Source of the DNA: Sulfurospirillaceae bacterium
GTDB taxonomy: Bacteria > Campylobacterota > Campylobacteria > Campylobacterales > Sulfurospirillaceae
DNA length: 64,000 nt
Assembly (NCBI GenBank): GCA_033723415.1
Contig: JAWVXD010000006.1
Coordinates: 64,001-128,000 of the forward strand
Direction: 5' to 3'
Position 1 is the stretch's first letter, and each line of letters opens with the position of its first letter. Below, piece after piece: positions 51,603-58,272 of the stretch. Under the pieces are notes generated by a model that ran no database searches, was not told the DNA's origin, and saw only the letters and a list, made by a program, of their open reading frames with translations. A program made the translations under genes and the position numbers.

Positions 51603-52736
51603 ATGATATTTGGTTTTGTTGGTCCTGGCGGTTCTGGTAAATCTGCTGTTGCTACTTCTCTTGTGATAGAAAATCTTTCTTCTTATGATATTATTATTAC
51701 GAATGTCTATAAATTTAATAAAGACAATTCTATTCTTGATATTGCTAAACAAAAACAAACTGAAATTGAGATTATACATTTCGATTCTACACATGAAGAT
51801 TTTATCCAAGTTCTTAATGATATTGAAATTCGTAACGCTGATTTGCCTATGGATGAAAAATTCAAAATCCTTGTTGTTTATGATGAGTGTCATAAGGCTC
51901 TTAGGCGTTATTCTAACGCTCAAGACGATGATATCTATTTGAGTGATTTTCTCTCTGAATCTAGGCATTTGCATTGTGATTTCTTTCTTATTACTCAAGG
52001 TATTAAAAAAATTTCTGATATGTATAAGGGTGAGTTCAAAGCTTGGTATGTTGCTGTAGATGATCAGTTCAAAGTATCTGCTAATACTATTGAATTTAGA
52101 AAAATGGATCAAGAAAATAAAGTTAAAATTGGTATAAAACGATTTAAAAAATCCACTAAGTGGCGTGGTGCTTCTGGTGCTTATTATAAAGTTTTCGATC
52201 TCTATGACAGTGAAGATGACGGGGATGAGCGTATTAAAGACGGGATGTCCTTTCTTGCTAAAAAGAAATATATTTTTATTCTTGCTGTTTTATTTACATT
52301 GACTATGTTTTATTTTGCTTTTAAAAGTGTTCATAGTCTCATTTCTTCAAAAGATTCTAAATTGACGCATCCAAACTCTAAAATTGTTTCTCATTCTTCA
52401 GATAAAAATATTAAATTTGTGTCTGATAAAAATACAACTATTGTTTACAGTTCTCGTTTTGATGTTCTATCCAAAAATCTTTCTGCTAATAAAATTGTTG
52501 GTTCTTATGTTTCTATTACTTGTCTGTATGACTCTTTAAATCACTTATATATATTTCCGAATAGAACACTTACTGAAAAGAACTTTGATGATTTAAACAA
52601 GCTTTTCTTACTTGAAATTATCAATATTCAAATTATTTCTGAAAATGTTTATAGATATGAATATTTGGTCTCATCTGACTTGTTACCTATTCTTCAAAAT
52701 GTTGGTGTTGTTGCCAAGAAAAAAGGAGCTATCTAA
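51603..52736 (+). CDS. zot: Zot/pI assembly ATPase
   Basis: GPGGSGKS, VVYDECH, ESRH, LITQ, FDLYDS, followed by a TM. Confidence 0.92.
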   Translation: MIFGFVGPGGSGKSAVATSLVIENLSSYDIIITNVYKFNKDNSILDIAKQKQTEIEIIHFDSTHEDFIQVLNDIEIRNADLPMDEKFKILVVYDECHKALRRYSNAQDDDIYLSDFLSESRHLHCDFFLITQGIKKISDMYKGEFKAWYVAVDDQFKVSANTIEFRKMDQENKVKIGIKRFKKSTKWRGASGAYYKVFDLYDSEDDGDERIKDGMSFLAKKKYIFILAVLFTLTMFYFAFKSVHSLISSKDSKLTHPNSKIVSHSSDKNIKFVSDKNTTIVYSSRFDVLSKNLSANKIVGSYVSITCLYDSLNHLYIFPNRTLTEKNFDDLNKLFLLEIINIQIISENVYRYEYLVSSDLLPILQNVGVVAKKKGAI

Positions 52737-52943
52737 ACTTTAGCTCGACTTTTGTATTTCCAAAAGTGAGCATCCAAACGATTAGTGCGGAAGGGATTTC
52801 TAGTTGCGTTTAACAGCGTTAAAAATATTTGATAAGACTTGTACGAATTTACCGATGAGCACCCACTGGAGCGGAAGAGGTCAATTCGTAAAGAGTCCCT
52901 TGTCAACTTAACAAAACTTGTTCTACAAAAGGAAGGTGCTACG

Positions 52944-54311
52944 ATGTCAAAATATGGTTTGAATTTAGAAGATAAAAAAACTTCTCAATTAAAGATTGAT
53001 ACTCAAAAAAAATATCTTGCTTCTCAGGGTTTCTTAACTCAAAATGGTGAGTTTAAAACTTTTGCGGATATTTCTATGTCTGCAAATATATCCGAGCGTT
53101 ATTATGCACAGCTTGTTAATAAGGTCAATACTATGCAACAATCAATGTCTTATTTAGGACTTAGCCCCGTTTTTATGACAATTACTCTTGACGGAGCATA
53201 TCAACGCCTTTTAACAGGTGATTATTCTAAGTTCACCGATAAGCATTTAAATAAGCTTCCTAATAATGACCGCTTCGGCTATTTGCAAGATTTAGCAAAT
53301 GAAAAACTTCCTTTTACCGTTAAAGATTTGTATAAATTACTTCGTTATCAATGGAATCATTTTCAAAAAGACCGTCTGTATCTTAAAATTAAATCCTCTC
53401 ATGATATTGGTTATCTCTTTGAAGTTGAACCTCATGAATCTGGTGTTCCTCATGCACATGTACTTTTTTATGCTCCTAGTTCTTATTTTAATGATTTAAA
53501 GGAACTTTTTAAATCATGTTTTCCTGCCCGTCAAAACAAACGTACAAATAAAATCACTTTTTTCCAAAAGAAAAATGGTGAAATAAATGGCTTTCAATGG
53601 ACTCTCAAAAATCCCGTTGGATATATTCTTAAATATTGCACGAAGTCATTTATGGATATTAAAAATAATAAAGAAATTGATTATTTGCAATCTTGGTATA
53701 TCACACATAAAATTGTCCGTTTGACTACTTCTAGAAGTCTCATACCTCAATGGGTTTATCAAAAAATGTACCCTCTTAATGATGATTGGTTGTATCAATC
53801 TATTCTCAAATATCGTTCTTCTTGTGAGTGGTCTCGCGAAAATGATTACTTCATATTTGAAGATGAAGTAAACGGCAAAGTTTTTAAATATGAACGAGGT
53901 TTATATCAAGTATTTATTAATAATAAACTTGTTCGTGAGTTTGGCTCACAAAAAGAAAAAATAGATACATCTTTTCGTGTTGAACAAAAACCTATCATAC
54001 GAAAAAAGAAAAATCATTGTTCTGTAAAAATTGTTATTGACGGTCAATACTTTGATTTTTATGAAAAGCCAATATCTAAGAAAAGTGATTTTGAGTTATA
54101 TACATATTATCATAATCTTGACATTGAAACTTGTAATTTACACCATTTTGGTTTAGTCCAAAATCAGTTATCAAAAAGAGGTTTGATTGATGTTCCAATT
54201 CAACCTATCAATAATTTCAATTTGGAAATGACAATTTCCAATTATTCAAAAAATGCTGACGAGATCTCGTCACAAAAAAATCGTATTTTTCCCAATCCAT
54301 TAGGAGCTTAA
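52944..54311 (+). CDS. HUH rolling-circle replication initiator (P2 gpA-type motifs)
   Basis: FMTIT, EPHESGVPHAH, GYILKYCTK (two Tyr); AAGGAAGG SD before ATG 52944. Confidence 0.88.
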   Translation: MSKYGLNLEDKKTSQLKIDTQKKYLASQGFLTQNGEFKTFADISMSANISERYYAQLVNKVNTMQQSMSYLGLSPVFMTITLDGAYQRLLTGDYSKFTDKHLNKLPNNDRFGYLQDLANEKLPFTVKDLYKLLRYQWNHFQKDRLYLKIKSSHDIGYLFEVEPHESGVPHAHVLFYAPSSYFNDLKELFKSCFPARQNKRTNKITFFQKKNGEINGFQWTLKNPVGYILKYCTKSFMDIKNNKEIDYLQSWYITHKIVRLTTSRSLIPQWVYQKMYPLNDDWLYQSILKYRSSCEWSRENDYFIFEDEVNGKVFKYERGLYQVFINNKLVREFGSQKEKIDTSFRVEQKPIIRKKKNHCSVKIVIDGQYFDFYEKPISKKSDFELYTYYHNLDIETCNLHHFGLVQNQLSKRGLIDVPIQPINNFNLEMTISNYSKNADEISSQKNRIFPNPLGA

Positions 54312-54312
54312 A

Positions 54313-54423
54313 ATGACTGGTTTTTATATATTTTGTTTTATTTTGTTTATTTGTATTTGTTTTCTTGGTTTTATGTGTATATGGTTGAAATGTACACTTT
54401 ACGATGAAGAAATTAAAAATTAA
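54313..54423 (+). CDS. 36-aa Cys/Phe-rich single-TM peptide
   Basis: AGGAG SD; MTGFYIFCFILFICICFLGFMCIWLKCTLYDEEIKN*. Confidence 0.5.
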   Translation: MTGFYIFCFILFICICFLGFMCIWLKCTLYDEEIKN

Positions 54424-54461
54424 ATGTGGTGAAGATCTTCACCACTTAGAGGGAGCTTAAA

Positions 54462-54731
54462 ATGAATTGTTTTGTATGTGGTAATCCTATTATTTCAAAT
54501 GGCAAAGGTTATCGTTGTTCTCTTGGTCGTCCAAAAAATTATTGTTCTGATACTTGTAAGGATTTTCAGAAATATTTTAATGCTATGCAGAAAAAATTAT
54601 CTGAAATCAATCTTGATGATGTTCATAAGAGACTTATAAGAGGTGAATTGTTTCGTGTGGCTAATTCCTTGAAGTTATCTGTTCCCGGGAATATTGGTAC
54701 CAAAAAGCCTCGAGATAATAATGAATTTTAA
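54462..54731 (+). CDS. small Zn-finger protein upstream of the integrase
   Basis: CFVC..GRPKNYCSDTC; GGGAG SD. Confidence 0.75.
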   Translation: MNCFVCGNPIISNGKGYRCSLGRPKNYCSDTCKDFQKYFNAMQKKLSEINLDDVHKRLIRGELFRVANSLKLSVPGNIGTKKPRDNNEF

Positions 54732-55602
54732 AAAGTATTCTGATCTATATTTACAACTTAATGAGGATGAATGGAAGCCTTCATATCTTGAAAAAAATAG
54801 ACGTATATGTGAATTAAGACTAAACTTTTTTAATGATAAGAATATTGAAGATATAAGAGCTAGTGAGATAAAGTTATGGCTTAAAAATATAACTGATGTA
54901 AGCAATAAATCAAAACGTAATTATCTATCTGTTTTAAATGGTATTTTACAACTTGCCTTAGAAGATGAAATTATCAATAAAAATCCTATCATACATGTTA
55001 AACGTCCTCACTATAAAGCACCTAAAATCAAGCCTTTTACTTCTGATGAAGTTAGTAAAATACTTGAACATTGCAAAGATTATAATTTTAATTTTGTGTA
55101 CTTTCTGGCTATGGGGTTTTATACGGGTATGAGAACTGGTGAAATACTATCTCTTAAAAGAATTGAGGTTGATTTTGAGAATAAAGTCTTACATGTAAAT
55201 TCTACTCGTAGTAGATTTGGCGAAGGTACTCCTAAAACATATGGAAGCAAAAGAACGATACCTATTATTAACTCACTTATGCCTTATATACAAAAAATGT
55301 ATGAACAAAACAATACTCATTATGTTTTGACTAATCAATATGACAGACCATATATTGACTCAAAAGTGTTTCATTTTAGGTGGTGGCAACCAATATTTAA
55401 AGATTTAAATTTAGAGTATAGAAGACCGTATAATATGCGTCATACTTATGCAACAAATATGCTTTATAATGATTTAGTTACTCCTTTACAGCTTGCACAA
55501 CTTCTTGGACATTCAAATACTCAAATGATTTATGATGTTTATGTTACTTATTTAGACAGAAATTTAGATGACTTTGACCGCTCAATATCTGTATATAGTT
55601 AA
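54721..55602 (+). CDS. int: tyrosine integrase
   Basis: TGMRTGE, TPKT, YNMRHTYAT, LGHS, VY; adjacent to att. Confidence 0.95.
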   Translation: MNFKKYSDLYLQLNEDEWKPSYLEKNRRICELRLNFFNDKNIEDIRASEIKLWLKNITDVSNKSKRNYLSVLNGILQLALEDEIINKNPIIHVKRPHYKAPKIKPFTSDEVSKILEHCKDYNFNFVYFLAMGFYTGMRTGEILSLKRIEVDFENKVLHVNSTRSRFGEGTPKTYGSKRTIPIINSLMPYIQKMYEQNNTHYVLTNQYDRPYIDSKVFHFRWWQPIFKDLNLEYRRPYNMRHTYATNMLYNDLVTPLQLAQLLGHSNTQMIYDVYVTYLDRNLDDFDRSISVYS

Positions 55603-55680
55603 GTTTAAATTCAATTTGGGGTACGCTAGGGATTTTGTGGTTTTCTTAAAGTGCTTCGGAAGCCCCTATTTTAGGGGGTA

Positions 55681-55709
55681 AATGGCGGACAGAGAGGGAT
55701 TCGAACCCT
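55681..55709 (-). repeat. att copy 2 (tRNA-Ser 3' end), junction of the two prophages
   Basis: same 25 bp as 42771-42795, extended by ccct that completes the T-arm; no D or anticodon arm follows. Confidence 0.9.
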
Positions 55710-55867
55710 TTTGCAAAAACACTAAATGCCCTAAACTAGGGTATTTAATTATAAAATAGTCAGTCATTGGCATATAAAAGACTAACTAAATTGGCACACT
55801 CTGCCAACTATAATATAGAAAAAAAATGAAACTTTAATTTTATTATGTACCTAAAACTAGGTGCATA

Positions 55868-57595
55868 ATGAAAAAGACAATTATTTCAATCGCAGCGGTT
55901 ATGGCATTGGCTATGACAAGCCCTGCTAATATTTATAATCCATCTACAGAACATCTACCAAAAGTACAAAATGCAAATTTTAAGCATCGTCAATCTACTC
56001 ACTATCAATTAAAATTTGTAAAAGATATAGCCCCGGAAATATTTGAAAATGCTACTCCAAAATTTCATGTAGATCTTCTAAATTTTATTAACGGTCCCGA
56101 ACAATTTAAGGCTGCAGCTGTTTTTCGTGGAGCATCAAAATCAACTCTTTTAAATAAAGTTACTGTACTAAATAGAATTTTCTTTGAGTATGAAGTTTTT
56201 ACAATGATCGTATCAAGTGATAAAGAAAAAGCTCAAGCCTTTTTAGCAGATATCAAAGAGTTAATTACCAAAGCACAAGCAAAAGGTTACTCCCTCAGTA
56301 AAGGAGATATCTGGACACAATCTAAAATAGAAGTCATAGTCAATAAAGGGTTAAAAAATAAAGACGGAAAATCTATAGAACACAAATGCTTTATCTCAGT
56401 ATTTGGAGCAGGACAAGACCCAAGAGGCTATACATATAAAAATGTACGTCCTACTCTTATAATTGCCGATGACCTGGAATCTAAGAATGGTCAATATGCA
56501 ATAAGTAACAAACGAAATAGACAAAAACTTAAAGAATGGTTTTATGCAGATCTTATGCCGGCTCTGCATCCAACTAAAGGACAGATGATAATAATTGGAA
56601 CTATCCTGCATGAAGATAGCATCTTAAATAATATCATCATGGAAAAAGAAAATGAGAAGATAAAAATAGAAGATGGAGATGATATCGATGAGTTTGAATC
56701 ACATAGGAGTGAATGGCATACTAAAATAATTCCAATCATGCAAAATGGCATAGCATCATGGCCGTCACGTTTCCCTATCAAAAAAATAAAATCTCTCAAA
56801 GCCAGGCTTTCAAGAATTGGACTCATTAATGAGTTTTACCAGGAATATATGTGTAAAGCTATGGCCCCGGAAAAACAACTTTTCAAAAAAGAAAATTTTA
56901 ATTATTTTTCACATCTAAAATATGATATTGCACCTATGCCAAAGATTGTAATCAAAGATGCTAAGTCAGAGGGGATAATAGAAGCAGCTCGACCAACGCA
57001 TATCGTAAAAACAAATGGAGAAGAAATACCTCTATCCTCTTGTCAAGTTTATACGACTATGGATCTTGCATCCTATGATGGAGCAGATAGAACGGCAATC
57101 GTTACATTCGCAGTAGATCCACAAGGTTATATATATATTTTAGATATATCAGCCGGTCATTGGACTCCTTTTGAAAAATCTTTGCAGGCAGTTAGAGTCC
57201 AAGTGATGTTTAACTCGAAAAGATTTGGGATTGAAAAAGCAAGTGCTCAAAACGACTTCTTTTATACTATCGATGAAGTCCAAAAACAAACAGGTATTAG
57301 TATCCCGGTTGAGCCACTATCTCATCATTCTAAAGCTAAAAACTTACGGATCAGTTTGTTGCACCCTCTTTTTATCACCGGTAGAATTTTCTTTAACCAA
57401 AAACAATCATCTACAACAGAGCTTGAATCAGAACTATTGGGATTTGATCCTGGAGTAGAAAGTAAACATGATGATCTTATGGATGCTTTGGCCTATATAA
57501 TGGAATTTATAGCACATAGAACATTTGATGAAGTAATTGAAGATGAAGAATACTTCGAGGACGAGGACATCCCTGACGATGATGACTGGGCATAA
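55868..57595 (+). CDS. terL: terminase large subunit
   Basis: FRGASKST (Walker A), LIIADDLE (Walker B), IGTILH, MDLA..DRTA, HDDLMDAL. Confidence 0.9.
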   Translation: MKKTIISIAAVMALAMTSPANIYNPSTEHLPKVQNANFKHRQSTHYQLKFVKDIAPEIFENATPKFHVDLLNFINGPEQFKAAAVFRGASKSTLLNKVTVLNRIFFEYEVFTMIVSSDKEKAQAFLADIKELITKAQAKGYSLSKGDIWTQSKIEVIVNKGLKNKDGKSIEHKCFISVFGAGQDPRGYTYKNVRPTLIIADDLESKNGQYAISNKRNRQKLKEWFYADLMPALHPTKGQMIIIGTILHEDSILNNIIMEKENEKIKIEDGDDIDEFESHRSEWHTKIIPIMQNGIASWPSRFPIKKIKSLKARLSRIGLINEFYQEYMCKAMAPEKQLFKKENFNYFSHLKYDIAPMPKIVIKDAKSEGIIEAARPTHIVKTNGEEIPLSSCQVYTTMDLASYDGADRTAIVTFAVDPQGYIYILDISAGHWTPFEKSLQAVRVQVMFNSKRFGIEKASAQNDFFYTIDEVQKQTGISIPVEPLSHHSKAKNLRISLLHPLFITGRIFFNQKQSSTTELESELLGFDPGVESKHDDLMDALAYIMEFIAHRTFDEVIEDEEYFEDEDIPDDDDWA

Positions 57596-57781
57596 GCCCC
57601 AACACATTGTTGAGAACTCGCACAAATTCCAAAAATCAGGACACTTAAAAAATAGGTTTTTATTTTAGCCGTGACAATATGATAAATGAAGTTATATATT
57701 TTTTGAAAAAAATAAAATTTTATAGTGTACCTACATATCTGAGAGAGGAACCGAATGGGTACATACCCCCCTCTTTTTTAT

Positions 57782-58002
57782 TTAAGGTTACCTCTCTCTT
57801 CACTGCTAAGATATACTCCAAAAGATCAAACCTTAAGCCATTTTGCCCTCTAACCTTAAAGAAGTAGCAAACCTTAACAATATCACTTCGTAGCTTAATG
57901 ATAATGTATTAAATTATTCTATTTTAATACATTATAGACACTTTATCCCACTTTTTGAGAGGAATACTCCCGTTTAAGGTTTAAGCTTCATTCTAACCTT
58001 AA
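57782..58002. repeat. six copies of AACCTTAA in both orientations around a 13-bp inverted repeat
   Basis: 57782(-), 57829, 57852, 57870, 57974(-), 57995; inverted repeat 57901-57913/57923-57935. Confidence 0.75.
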
Positions 58003-58272
58003 AAATATCATCGGGGTGGGGTGGATTTTTTGCAAAACCCCATTGACTACCCCGCCCCATCGTTCATTTCTGATTATCTGCGTTTCCCCTCCTATGTCTT
58101 GGTGCTTAGCGCTTATTTAAAGGTAAAAGAGATAAAAAACCGCGCCGGAGTTTGCCCTACGGGCATGGTAGCGCGGGCAAGATACAACAAGATGATAGAG
58201 GGGATATGATAGGAAGTGCGGTGTGTCTGATGACACCGCACTTGAATCACTTAAAGGCTATTTGGTTTGGAA

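Larger units (their letters stand above)
42771..55705. mobile_element. integrated filamentous prophage (inovirus), ~12.9 kb, apparently complete
   Basis: 25-bp direct repeats; Zot/pI, major coat, pIII, pVI, secretin, HUH Rep, tyrosine integrase; T-rich coding strand in the core. Confidence 0.92.

Noticed and set aside
51603..52736. zot as an enterotoxin or virulence gene
   Set aside because: Context shows the ordinary pI assembly ATPase; nothing in the sequence supports toxin activity.
46358..55602. avoidance of GGWCC sites in the inovirus
   Set aside because: GGTCC occurs at about 51468 and 51621, so there is no clear depletion by eye.
57782..58002. CRISPR array
   Set aside because: Repeats are only 8 bp, irregularly spaced and in mixed orientation; no cas genes in the window.
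57679..58209. two 62-aa ORFs in the phage intergenic region as terS or other genes
   Set aside because: No convincing SD or protein features; they overlap the repeat and hairpin tracts.
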